Assembly: GCF_009834535.1 (NCBI RefSeq)
Contig: NC_045708.1
Span: 3,782,001-3,846,000, forward strand
Direction: 5' to 3'
DNA length: 64,000 nucleotides
DNA from: Camelus ferus
Lineage: Eukaryota
How positions within the stretch are numbered: position 1 is the first letter of the stretch; every line of letters starts with the position of its first letter. Both the position numbers and the translations under genes were made by a program. Positions 19,201 to 30,640 of this stretch are shown piece after piece. Below the pieces are notes generated by a model. That model had not been told where the DNA came from, ran no database searches, and worked only from the letters and a program-made list of their open reading frames with translations.

Positions 19201-22200
19201 GCAGACTGTCCCTCCCAGGACAAACTGGCAGAGAGGAAAGCGCTGCTGCTTCAAGCTGTGCAGAGGTGAGTGGTGGTGGGGTCTCCACCCCCTGCCCCTT
19301 GGCCTCCAGACACCTATCTCACAGCCTGGGCCTGGGCCTGGGCCTGCCCTACCCTGGGGAGCAAGACATCCAGGTGACACCGGTGAGGAGGGCAGGGGGG
19401 CTCAGGGCTCAGGGAAGGGGTTACAGGGAATGCTGCACAAAGCTGGTGGGGAGCTGAAACCACCCAGTTCTGAGGCACCCCCATCCCAGGTAGGGGTGGG
19501 CAGCCCTCACCTTGGAGATGAGGCTGCCTGCCCCTCCACCAGCCAGTATGAAGAAAAGGACAAGGCCTTCAAGGAGCAGCTCTCCCATTTAGCCACTCTG
19601 CTGCCCACCCTGCAGGTAAGGGGAGCCGGGGGTGCGGGCTGGGCACCCCAGCCCGGCCAGGCACTGAGCAGTGTCCCTCTTGCAGGTTCACCTGGTCATC
19701 TGCTCTTCCTTCCTCAGTTTGGCCAACAAGGCTGAGTTCCTGGACCTGGGCTATGTGAGTGCCACCAGCTCCTGCGAGTGACCCCCCTCTACCCACCAGG
19801 AACCTACCCTGCACACCCGAAACCCCTGCCTGGAGGCTGGACCGGGGTTCTCTGGGCTTACCTTCCCCTCCTCCACGCTGTCATCTACAAACCATTCAGG
19901 GGTCAGCTGAGTCCCTTTTAAATGGACAGCAAAGCCTGGAAGGGAATATAGGTCTCCTCCCCCGAAGTGCTGAGTGTCTACTGGAGTCCAGACCCCCCAA
20001 CCTTTCCTGAAGATTTGGGAATGGGATTGATGTGGGCATCCGGGCCAATCCCAGGGAGGATTGGAGCTGCCAATGGACAGCAGGGAAAGTCCCAAAGACA
20101 GACTTGCCCTCGGGGCCACCCTCCTCACTGAGGTGGGTCACCCCCACCCCCCACCCACCTGAGCGCCCTCCCTCGAACCGGCCGCAGGAGCTGATGGAGA
20201 GACTGCAGGGCATCGTCACACGGCCACATCGCCTGAGGCCGGCACAGAGCAGCAAGGTGCACAGGCGGTGCCGCTGGGTGGGCGGGGGCAGGCCGGGGGC
20301 CCGGGGGGTATGGAGCTGCCTCAGGACCTTGTCCCACCTCCCAGATCACCAGCGACCACCGCAACGAGTTCGCACGCTGCCTGGAGCCGCTGCTGCTGCC
20401 GGGGCCACGCTGGGCGGCGGGTGCTGGGGGTGGCACCAGCATGTGAGCCGCGGGGCGCCCTTCCAGGCACCGGGACCCGGGAGGAGGGGGCGGGCACAAG
20501 GTCCCGGTTGGGTCAGGGGCCACCGCACATCACCCTTCCCAGCTCTCCGAGCTCCCCGCGTCGTGTCTGGGTGCCACCGACATCGTCAGGGCAGAAAGGC
20601 GAGTCTGCCTAGCCAGGAAGTAGTCTTTGGGGCCCCCCCAGATCGGAAACCCCTGGTAGAACTGGTGCGGACTTGGGTCAGGGGTGGACAGGAGGACTTG
20701 AGGGCTGCCCCCAAACGCTGCCGCAGTCTTAGCTCCTTTCCTCCCTGAAAGGAAGGGGTAGCTTAAGGTGGGACCTGGGTGGCCAGAAGCTTCAGGGGGT
20801 CTGACTTCCGGGCTCCAGTCTGGAGAGCCAGAGACCCAGGAGGAATTAGGAGAAATGCCTAAGATGTGTGTGCCAAGGACCCCAGGGCCCCAGGCAAGGG
20901 AGACTGCACGGCAGGCCAAATTTCCAAGGTCCAGGGTATGTTAGTGAACATACTGTCTGCTGGGGACCAGCCCTAAGGATGGATTCTTTTCTGCACATCA
21001 GCATCACTCTCAGGATGTTTTAAAATATCCTTCTGATGTCACTGGCCTTGGGTGTGGTCTTGCATCAGGTTTTTTCAGAGCTCCTGCATGGTTCTGGTTT
21101 GCAGCCTGGGGTGAGAGGGCTGAGAATGCACTGGGAGGCTAGGAGAAGGAATGACACTGTGGACACCCCTCCCCCAACATCTATATCCATTCTGGTTCTC
21201 TCCCTAGGCTAGCAGGGGGCTCGGGCCCCAAGGTAATGCTGGGGCCCAGCTGTCCTTCCCCAGTGGGAAAGATGTTGGGGTCACCGGTCCAAAAGCCCAC
21301 GCTGCACCGGTCCATCAATACCAAGGTGCTGCTGGCAGAGGGTGATGATTCACCCTTCACGGAGCACTGCCGCCACTATGAGGACTCCTACCGGGTGAGG
21401 ATGTCAGAACTTGAGGGCTGGGAAAGGCTCCTCCCCTTCTCCCTAAGGTACACTGGCCAAATCTAGTCTTGGCCACGTGGCCTGGAAGCCATCCCTCTGC
21501 TGTCGCCCCTGCCATGCACACAGCCTGCGGGGAACAGACACTCATGCCGTCTCTCCCCCCAGCGCCTGCAGGTGGAGATGCAGAACCTGAAGGACCAGGT
21601 CCAGGAGTTGCACCGGGACCTCACCAAGCACCACTCGCTCATCAAGGCCGAGATCATGGGCGACATTCTGCACAAGTCCTTGCAGGTGGACGCCCAGATC
21701 ACCACGGAGTACGCGTCTGTGGAGGGGATGAGAGTCGTCTTCCAGGAGGTAGCCCCTCCCGAGGCACCTCCCTTCCCTGCACCCCATTTGTCAGCATATA
21801 CATGGGCTACCCCAAGACAGGAACGGGAGTGGGGAGGACCTTGGCCTGGTGCCCTATGAGGCCCTCGTGTGGCAGGCTCTGGAACCTGGGTTTTGCCACT
21901 TGGAACCATGGGAACTGGCTGCAGGTGCCTGATGGCTCTGAGTAGCTAGAGGACAGAAATGCCACCAGTGGAAATTCCAACTCACAGTCACATGCCATGT
22001 CCGACTCACTTTCTCTTTCAGATTTGGGAGGAATCCTACCAGCGGGTGGCTAATGAGCAGGAGATTTATGAAGGTCCCAGGCAGCTGATGCTGGGTGCAC
22101 CGCAGCCCTGGAGCTAAACCACATGCTTTCAGGGGCAGGAAGTCAGTTACCCATTAACCAGCTATGAACCCCCATGCTCTTCCCCTTAGCCCTTGCCTTT

Positions 22201-25200
22201 GCCTCACAGCTGCTAACTGACCCCAAAATTATACATCTCCTCAGGATTCAGTAAGTAGGATGCCTTCACAAGTCTCCTCTCACTCCTTACTTAGAGGTCA
22301 CCACTGAAACAGTTAGGATATCTAAATGGTTTGAGGCTTGAGAGCAAGCATCTGAGGCCAACAAGACCTAACTCTCTGGCCGTGGCCCCCACAGCCCAGC
22401 TCCGTGACCTTCTCCAGCTGAAACAGGAGAATGCCTACCTGACCACCATCACCAAGCAGATCACACCCTACGTCCGCTCCATTGCCAAGGTGAAGGAGCG
22501 GCTGGAGCCCAGGTGAGACCAGGGGGTGTTCCAAGGGAGCCAGGACACTTCCAAATGTGTGTGGCGAAAGCGCCACACATTTGGAAGAGCCCCACTCAGG
22601 GAAGTCCGTGGGCCGGGTTGTGAACGTTTAAACAGGGCACCTGGGCAGAGCAGGTGCTGGCCATCTGCAAAAATACAGAATGAGTGGGCTGCTCTGAGTT
22701 CCCACTTCTGGGCTCACAATGGCCCCCCTCTCTACACCTTGGGGGTGCAATGAGGGTCCTCAGCGGATCCAGACAGCAGGACACAGAGGAAAGAGAACTT
22801 CCTCAGTACACAGTTAAACTGAGTCTAGACAGGAACCTCGACCAGGCTCTCAGCACCACACTTGGGCACTGAAAGGTGCTACAGTGGCAGAGGTTTTTTG
22901 GTGGCAGGTCCTCAATGTGCTGTCTCTCAAGTCACTGGGCCCCAGGGTGGGCTGGTTGCCCTGGAGGGCCGGCGCACAGTGGTCAGCCTGCGCTCTCCCT
23001 CCGCCACCCTCCAGGGGACTCCACTTGCCTGGCTCTGGGCAGAGATCTGATTCCTCCATCCGCGTTTCCTCTCTCACGGCTTGGTAGAGCCCATCCCCCA
23101 AGCAGCCCTTGAGAAAGGAGGGACTTGTTCTGAATAGCACACGTCTGCAGTATCTTTATTCTGCCTTCACACTTGACTTCACAATGTTTCGCTGCACATT
23201 GAATTCCAGATGGAAATTCTTGATTGGAGATGCTTCTCTTCCTTGAGAAGTTTGAAGGCACTCCGATTCTTAATCCTTGCACTGCGACCTACTAATTCTC
23301 CGTAGAAGCTTGTGGGATCTTTTCTGCTCCCAGTGTCCTGAAGCTTCACATTGGTGAGGGTCTAGTTCTATCCACTGGGTACTGGCGCGTCCTTTCAATC
23401 TGGAAATTCATGTCCTTCATGTTGGGCGTATTTCTTTTTGAACTGGTCAGTTGATTTTCTCCACTTGTGGAATTCTTATTGGACATGGGCCTCCCTGAGC
23501 TGGCCCTCTGACTTACCCTCCCCTTTCAGGCCTGTTTTCCATCTCTTTGCTGTTCTTTCTGGGAGATTTCCTCACTTATCTTCTAACTCTTCTATTCATT
23601 TCTTCATTTTTGAAGAAAACTTCCAAGAGCTCTTTTAAACATTTTAAACTATAGGCATTTTTGTACCCTCTTCTTGTTACACAGCGTCTTGTTGTTTCCT
23701 GGTCGCCCCTCGGGGGCTGATAGGTGTCTGCTTTCTCCCCCCCACCCTAGTGGTGGTGTTTTGTTTTGTTTTTTTAATGGAGGCGCTGGGGATTGAACCC
23801 AGGACCTCGTGCATGCTAAGCACGCGGTCTACCACTGAGCTATGTCCGCAACCGCCTCTGCTTTTATTTCTTTAAGTTTCCTTCTCCCTGAAGTCTATTT
23901 CCTCCAAGTTACGTTTTGTTTGTTTAGGTTTCTATCTTCCACGTTAAAGGCTTTTCTCAGATGGTCAGGAAATCTTTGATTATGTGCTCATGTTAGGAGT
24001 TGGGGTTGGGGTGGGGTTGGGGTGGAGTAGGGCGGGATGGACGCTCTGAGCCCATGGGTGGTGTTTCAGTGTAAGGGATCTGCGTGGTCAGGGTTTTTTG
24101 TTTTGCTTTTCTTTTCTTTTCTTTTTTTTTTTCTTCAATGCCTCAATGTCAGTTTTAGATCTCTTCCCGGTTTCCTTCCTGGAAGGTCACCATCTGGAGC
24201 ATCTGTACGCACACCTGGTTTTCTGGTTCTCACCTGTGTGCTGTACCCTCCCAGAGACTAACGCTGCAGACTTCTGAGGGGTGTGGGCCAGCATGTTCAG
24301 AAGCAGGGATCTTGACCTTCATCGTCCTATTTCAGTCCCACTCAGTCCCGCAGAGGCAACGGGGCTGCCCATTCCTGAGCCCCCTGAGGATTCTGGTGGG
24401 AATTGGTCTCAGCTTGCTCTGTGCACTTTGAATTCAGGCTTCCCGGGTCTGCTAACTCAGTGACCACTTGTCCACATGCTCTCCAGCCTCCAAAATTTTG
24501 GTGTTAGACTTTCCTGCCCTCAACCTGGAGAGGCTTTTCTTTTACCCCCTCATTTTGGTCCCTTTACTAGTTTTAGTGAGTTTGGGGAAGAAGGAAAATT
24601 AGGGTGTGTGTGTGTGTGTGTACAATTGCCACATTAATCCAAAACTGTCAAACCTCCTTTTAAGTGACTATTTTAACATGTCACACTGAGAAGTTCCACT
24701 CCTCATACCTTCTGCACAAATTCTGATCAATCTTTGTCTATCCAGGACTAGTTACGCTGTTTCCTCCCAAGCTGACATTCAAAGCAGTTTACTCTAGATA
24801 CTGTGTGATTCCATTTATAAAACCTCAAAACCAAGCAGAACTAACCTCTCATGTTAGCATTTGGGATGGTGATTATCCTGGAGGGCCTCTGGGTGGAGGT
24901 GACGTCCTGTGTGCCCAGACTAAGCCATGCCCTTATCATTTGCGCCCTTTCCCTTCTGTGTGCTCTGCTTTGTGAGCAGCTGGCTTCCAGTAGTGTGCTC
25001 CTGTCCGCCCACAAGGGGCAACACCTGGGGGAGTCACATCTCTGTGGGGAAATGGCATCTGTGGTCAGTTTCAGTAACTGGAAAGGCACTTGGGCTGGAG
25101 CCAAGCTCCTGGAGGTTTGGGGTGAGCAGGAAGGCTGCCTCCAGCCCTCTTCCTGGCACCACTTCCTAGGTGTCTGGGGTTGCCCTCTGCTTCCTCCCCT

Positions 25201-27617
25201 CCCACTGCTGGCCACGCCCCCCGCCCACCAAGAATCCACTCATCAGTGACCTTTCCATCCCTTGGCCTCAGAAGAGCAGCACTGAGGAGCCTAGACCATC
25301 CATCACCTTCACAGTGCTCTGCTCTTGCTTCAGAGACACTCCACACTCCGTTTCCCTCCTGCCCCCCCAGCTGTTCCTTTAGCCCCTTTGGCTTGGCTCT
25401 GCCTCCTTGGCTCAAGGCCTAGATGTCAGTCTTCCCCAGGGCTCAGCCCCAGGCATACTCCTCCCTCTGCACCCTCTCCTTCGGGGGCTTCACCCGGTCT
25501 CCTGGCTTTAAAACCCCTGTGGTGGTGCAGACGACCCCCAGTCCCTGTCCCCAGTACGGACCCGCCCAAGCTCCAGACTCATATCCAAGTGTCCCTTCCT
25601 GGGGGGGGGGGGTCTCTGCTTAGACGGGCACCTCAAATCCTACAATGGCCCCAGGACTCAATTTCCTCCCCTGGAACATGGTCCTCCTGCTTCATCTCAG
25701 TAAATGCACCACAGTCACCCAGATGCTCCTGGAAAAAGCCAGGGAGACATCTGGATTCCTTTCCTCACCCCTCTTCCAACCCGTCCCCAGATCCCGCTGG
25801 CTCCACTGTCTCATCCACCTGCTTTGTCTCCACTGCAGCCCCCAATCCAAGCCACTGTCGTCAGCCCCAGCCCCGGCCCCTCCAGCACATCACACGGCCA
25901 GTGGTCTTTCTAAAGCCTATTGTGCTGGGCCCCGATAGCCTTTCCGGGACCCCCCCACGCCCCGGCCCCCACGGCCTCTCAGTCCCCGGAGGAGCTGGGC
26001 TTGCTCTGCTCCCAGCCCCTGCAGGAAGGGTTCTTGCTCCAGGTGCTTCCACGGACGCTCGTCACTCAGGCCGCAGCTTGCATGTCAACAGGCAGGCCTC
26101 CCAAGACCACCCTGGTGAAAGGAGGCCTCGCTCGCTGTCACCGTCCGGCTCCACCATGCGTCCTTCCCAGCCTTGGCGTGTCTCCCCGACTGGAACGCAG
26201 CTTCTGCGGGACCAGGGCCTGGCCTCCCCCGTCCACTGCCATGGCCCTGGCCCTCAGCAAATATTTGAGGCCCAGAGCTCGAGGCGGGCCCTTGAGTGTT
26301 AGCACAAGGCTGTGCAGTGAGCTTAGGGGCACGCGGCGGGCCACCTCTCCTGCCACCCTGGTTCCCAGTAACTGCCGTCTCTCGCCCAGGTTTCAGGCAC
26401 CCGTGGATGAACAGTCGGACCACCTGCAAAACACGTATGACGACGGCGTGAATGGCGAGACCCAGGCCAGGTGGAGCAAGTCTTCCCACAGCAAACAACT
26501 TCATCTCAGGGACACACACGACGACAAAGACAGCCCAGCTCTGCAGCCTCAGCAGGGCCCCAGTTTGTAAAACACGGGGTCGGAGGGGCTCTTAATCTAC
26601 ACAGTGCCTTCAAATATGTGACCTGGTAGATGACAGATGTGGCTGACAGACCTGACCCACATTTTATAACTTGGGGTGGCTGTGTCTGCCGGCCACCCCG
26701 CTCACGCCACTGAGCACGCAGGCTGTCACCCCGCGTCACTCAAACCCCCTTACATGAGAAAAAGTGACTGAGAGTTATTTATTTTGTGAGAGCGTTACTA
26801 TTGACTGGAGCCACAGCGTTTGCCAAAACACTTGCCAGGGGGAGAGAAGAACGTGCGGTAACAGACCTGTCCCCGTCACAGGCTCACCTTTCAGTGTTGC
26901 ACTCTCAGTAAAGTGTTAGTCACGGGCTGGAGAACAGAGTTGTAGAAAGGCGCAGCTAGGAGAGCCTAGGGGCGCGGGGAGGTCTGCAGCCATCGAGAGC
27001 CACAGCGTGGTTGGTGACAGAGCAGAAACTTGTCCCACCCTCCCAGGCACCTCTTTTAGCCCAGATGCTTCAAGGGAGGGTCGATTCAAAGCACTGTCAC
27101 CATGAGCTAAGAGACCAAACTGCTGCTACTTTGGCAACTGAAAACCATCAGAGGGGGGAGGGTATAGCTCAAGCGGTAGAGCACATGCTTAGCATGCACG
27201 AGGTCCTGGGTTCAATCCCCAGTACCTCCTCTAAAAATAAATAAACCCCCACCAAAAATTTTTTTTAAGAAATGAGATAATACTTTAGGAGACGATGTAG
27301 TTCTGGTTCAGAAGATATGGTCATCTACTGGTGCCTTCCAGAAGGGCTGGCCATTCTGAAAGCCCTTGCCCGAGTGGACTTCAGCACTGGGATGCAGCGA
27401 GGTGGGGGGAGCAGACAGAAACTCACGTTAAGTTTGTTTCTTTAGGAACGATCCAGTAACTGTCTTGGAAAAGAGAGAGAAGACCTCAGAGCCTAAAGGG
27501 AACAGCCGGGCTCTGAGCAGCCTCACAGATGAGCCTTCACTGAAAAACAAAGATTCTCATAGACCCAAACCGAAAAACGGGGGTGACGTCCCCACGCGGA
27601 GAGAGCGCCCAGCCTAG
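15961..27617 (+). CDS. RNF207: RING finger protein 207 (RING, B-box, coiled coil; cardiac E3 ligase family), 634 aa, 17 coding exons
   Basis: Exons: 15961-16151, 16805-16937, 18139-18283, 18379-18460, 18535-18610, 18687-18812, 19219-19265, 19543-19615, 19686-19754, 20188-20256, 20345-20442, 21208-21394, 21563-21748, 22022-22073, 22395-22512, 26390-26470, 27446-27617. Sum is 1905 nt in one open frame: MSGAIFAPLEG..CPLC..CLLDCFHHFCAGC..CPLC..FCNTCGQPLC..KNGGDVPTRRERPA*. The intron after 16937 starts with GC. Confidence 0.96.
17950..18850. promoter_or_regulatory. RNF207: Intragenic CpG island over the RNF207 B-box exons
   Basis: CpG-dense exons and three short introns (76-95 nt). Confidence 0.7.
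20975..21125. mobile_element. MER5-like DNA transposon fragment
   Basis: GCATCAGCATCACT..GGATGTTTTAAAATA...GGTTCTGGTTTGCAGCCTGGGGTGAGA resembles the recalled MER5B ends. Confidence 0.4.
23140..23990 (-). mobile_element. Old L1 (L1M-like) fragment in RNF207 intron 16
   Basis: T-rich antisense-L1-like text (CTTTCAATCTGGAAATTCATGTCCTTCA..., CTCCAAGTTACGTTTT...); boundaries are approximate. Confidence 0.45.
23735..23856 (-). mobile_element. Camelid tRNA-derived SINE (Vic-1 type), antisense to RNF207
   Basis: The minus strand reads GCGGACATAGCTCAGTGGTAGACCGCGTGCTTAGCATGCACGAGGTCCTGGGTTCAATCCCCAGCGCCTCCATTAAAAAAAAC. Possible TSD TCTGCTTT at 23727-23734 and 23857-23864. Confidence 0.9.
24604..24621 (+). 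repeat. (GT)n dinucleotide microsatellite
   Basis: About 9 GT units visible. Confidence 0.85.
25400..25900. mobile_element. L2 LINE fragment
   Basis: CTCCAGACTCATATCCAAGTGTCC...GGGCACCTCAAA...CATCTCAGTAAATGCACCAC..TCACCCAGATGCT is typical L2 text. Confidence 0.6.
27155..27266 (+). mobile_element. Camelid tRNA-derived SINE (Vic-1 type), sense to RNF207, in intron 17
   Basis: GGGGAGGGTATAGCTCAAGCGGTAGAGCACATGCTTAGCATGCACGAGGTCCTGGGTTCAATCCCCAGTACCTCC plus AAAAATAAATAAACCCCC; no clear TSD. Confidence 0.9.
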
Positions 27618-28777
27618 CAACTGGGACTGGTCCCTGCGGGTCGGGCATTTTACAAAGGCTGGGAAAGTGAAGGAAAGGTGGTTCCCATCGGTTTTTTTTT
27701 TTTTTTTTAAGGTGTACTTATGTATCAGCAGTAAACCCCAGAAACTTGGCCAGGTCATAATTTCAGATTCTTTGGCTTAGTCTAGACTTCAAGTTGCTCA
27801 AAGTCGTGCTCCTCATGATGGTTACTTGGGACAGTGTCCCTCCCAGTCCATCTGGAAAATGTTAAACGTGTGAACACCCAGCCCGAGGCCCCTCGTTCAC
27901 CCTGCATCTCCCTGGCATCTGCGGGCTGGGCCCCTCAAGCTTCCGTTGGGGTGCACTTGTCTGAAATTTAGACAAGGAGACTGTCCCACTGTGCAGCAGC
28001 TGCTCTGTCTCAGAGGAATCCAGTTCTTCCAGCATCACAGCCCTGCTGTTAACCGGGAGCTGCTGGAAAGTTCCACCCAGTAATCTGAGCGCTGACTCAG
28101 CAAAAGGGAGAAACCTTTGCTCCAGCTGAGCTCATGAAGCAAAGCAATAGCACCTGGTGGCCTGCGGCCTGCGTGGCAGGAGGCAGCCACCATCACGGCT
28201 TCTCTGCTACCTTTCCTGACCCCAATCGCTCTCCTGCTGTTCGCCCTTTATTAAGATTAAAGCACAATTCACCAGCAACTTTGCTCAAGTAGTTTTCCAT
28301 CCCTACCCAAGCACCCTTTTTATCAAGTGGAACTTAAAATGCTTAACAACAAAAAAATTAACCTCCATGACCTAAACTGTAAAGTTTCAGAGGCAAAATG
28401 ATGCCCAGATAGTCACATTTTGAGCAGGTATCGGCTGGATTCAGTGGTTCCAGCAGCGGATGGCTTCTACAAGCCAGGTAGGCCCACAGGTCAATACGCT
28501 GGTACCTCAGTTACATCAGTATCTCTACACCTGTCACATCAGAGCCCTGACGCTCCGGTTCCAAGGCATCACAAACCTCCCACGGTGGCCCAGGGGGCAG
28601 GAGGAACTTGCATGACAAACTGGTTACAGGTAGGAGTTCAGAACAGAATCAAGTAGGCAAAACACATCTGGTTTTATGCTGTAGGTTCGGGACGTTTCTT
28701 AGCCAGAAGCAGCAAGATCCTAGGGTTTCCAAATCCCCCACAACCACACTGTTGTTCATAGTGAAATCAAGTACAGT

Positions 28778-28783
28778 TTTATT
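28778..28783 (-). terminator. ICMT: ICMT poly(A) signal AATAAA (3'UTR about 3.1 kb)
   Basis: TTTATT on + at 28778-28783. Confidence 0.7.
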
Positions 28784-28830
28784 TAAGAATCGGAAATAAT
28801 CAGTATCTGTCAAAGAAAATCCAGTATTTA

Positions 28831-28836
28831 AATAAA
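28831..28836 (+). terminator. RNF207: Candidate RNF207 distal poly(A) signal AATAAA
   Basis: First canonical AATAAA I found downstream of the RNF207 stop; an ATTAAA variant lies at 28256-28261. Confidence 0.55.
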
Positions 28837-30489
28837 CATTTCTGCATGTAAAGAGTAGAATAATTACTCTGTTAAGTTACTCTCCTAACTACGGGACAGG
28901 TCCTTGGGAGCGAGCGCTTGCCGCCACACCTGACTGGCCGGTCTTCGGGGCCCAGGATGCGGCATCAAGCTTTCACAGCAGGGCGCAGGCAGCCAGCCTC
29001 TCCCACCACGCTGGACAGGCCGGGGTCGCCTGACCTCGCCAAGTCACTACAGGAGCAGACGCGGTGCGAAAGCACAACTATCTAAGGCAGGAAGAAAGTG
29101 CAGAGAAGGGACAGTGGCACACTGTACCCATTACGGAGGGACTGCGACCAAAAGGAGCCGTGCCCGGGCCCGACCGAACCGAATCTATTAGCAAAACCCC
29201 TTGGCTGAGGGACACCCCTGCTATCGTGTCTATCACCCAGAGAGCTGAATAAATGGAAGGAAGAACAGAGTTTACTTTTAAGGCTTAAGAAACAGTTTAT
29301 GGCCATGAAGTGGTGGTGGGGTCTTGCCGCCTCCTGCTTTCTGCCAGGCTGGCCCCACGACCTCTTCCATAAACCATAAACTGCCATTCTCAGCCCCAGC
29401 CTACAAATCCTCATAAGATGCTTCATTTTATGCTGCTTCAAAGTTGCTTTGTTCTGTTCAGTGCCTATTTTCCATCTCAGAATCTCCGCTGTAAAACCTG
29501 CAATGGAAAAAGAACTCTCTTGACAGTTTTTTAATTTGAGGGAACTGGCGATGCAGCCTCTACCCAAAAAAAGCTTTCGGAAATACCCAAAAAGCCAGTA
29601 CCTCATTAACCTGATTCTCAGCCGCGTGCACTGTCACTGCTAAATTTATCAAGTTAAAAATACTGCGAAGATCTCAGTGCTAGATGAGAGTCAACCACTT
29701 GCCAAATCCTGCCCCAAAGTAGTTCATGTGTTATCCAACTAAGTCAGTGCTGACCTCCCCCCGGGTGACAAACCAGGCTCTGGAGCCACTCTTTAAAGTC
29801 ACGTCAAGTGCAAGTGGTGCACGGGTCTCACTGCCAGCGCGAGGGCCTGCGTGGCTGGGGGAGGAGGGACACAGACCAACACCTTCTATCTCACTGTCCA
29901 CAACGCCGGAGGCGCCACCAGCTGCTCTCCACCTGGTAAAGAGAGGACCTCGTGGCCCTCAGTGGTCATGAACGCTGGGTCCAATCCTGCTGGATGTAGT
30001 GAGACAGAACTTCCCCTCAAAGAGCTGGGGACAGTCGCCTAAACCCAAGGCATACCCTCTCCGTTTTGCAATCCTACGTGGAGTTCACTTCGCTACACAG
30101 TCTGGAGAACAAGTTTAGAACTGACTCGAGTCCCCAGACAGAGGAAGTGCATGCTGACATATGAGGACGAGGAACCAGCCGCCAAGGCTCCAGCAGCCAC
30201 CCAGGCCAGTCTGCCCATAAGACCCCAGAGAGGGTCGAGGGTCAAGTCTGTCTAGTCCTCACACCAGCAGGGGCCATACCAGTCACCAACGAACCCGTAA
30301 ACCTCTTTGGTATATATAATAATGAAAAAATTAATTAGGCCATGAAATCTAGAAATGAGTAATAGTCCGAGTTGGTAAAATGCTTTTTTGAACACACATT
30401 TCCAGTGTCTGGTACAGCGAATCACGTGCTGTCCTTTTTTTGTGTGACTCATGCAGTACCGGTTTCATTTCTGCCATCTCTCACTTCAG

Positions 30490-30640
30490 TATTAAAAATG
30501 CTTGACATTGTTCTTCTAAGTCTTTACGACACCCCTGTGAGGTAGGTGGTACTGACCCCCTTCGACAGAGCAGGGGGTCTAGGCACAGAAAGGTTTAGTG
30601 GCTCCTGGAAAGCCATGTGGCGCGGTGTGGCAGGACCGCG
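30490..30640. mobile_element. MIR fragment in the ICMT 3'UTR
   Basis: ACACCCCTGTGAGGTAGGTGGTACTGACCCCCTT..ACAGA...GGCACAGAAAGGTTTAGTG matches antisense MIR core text. Confidence 0.55.

Noticed and set aside
25325-26302. 325-aa ORF in RNF207 intron 16
   Set aside because: It overlaps an L2 fragment and pyrimidine-rich sequence, and no known protein is recognised.
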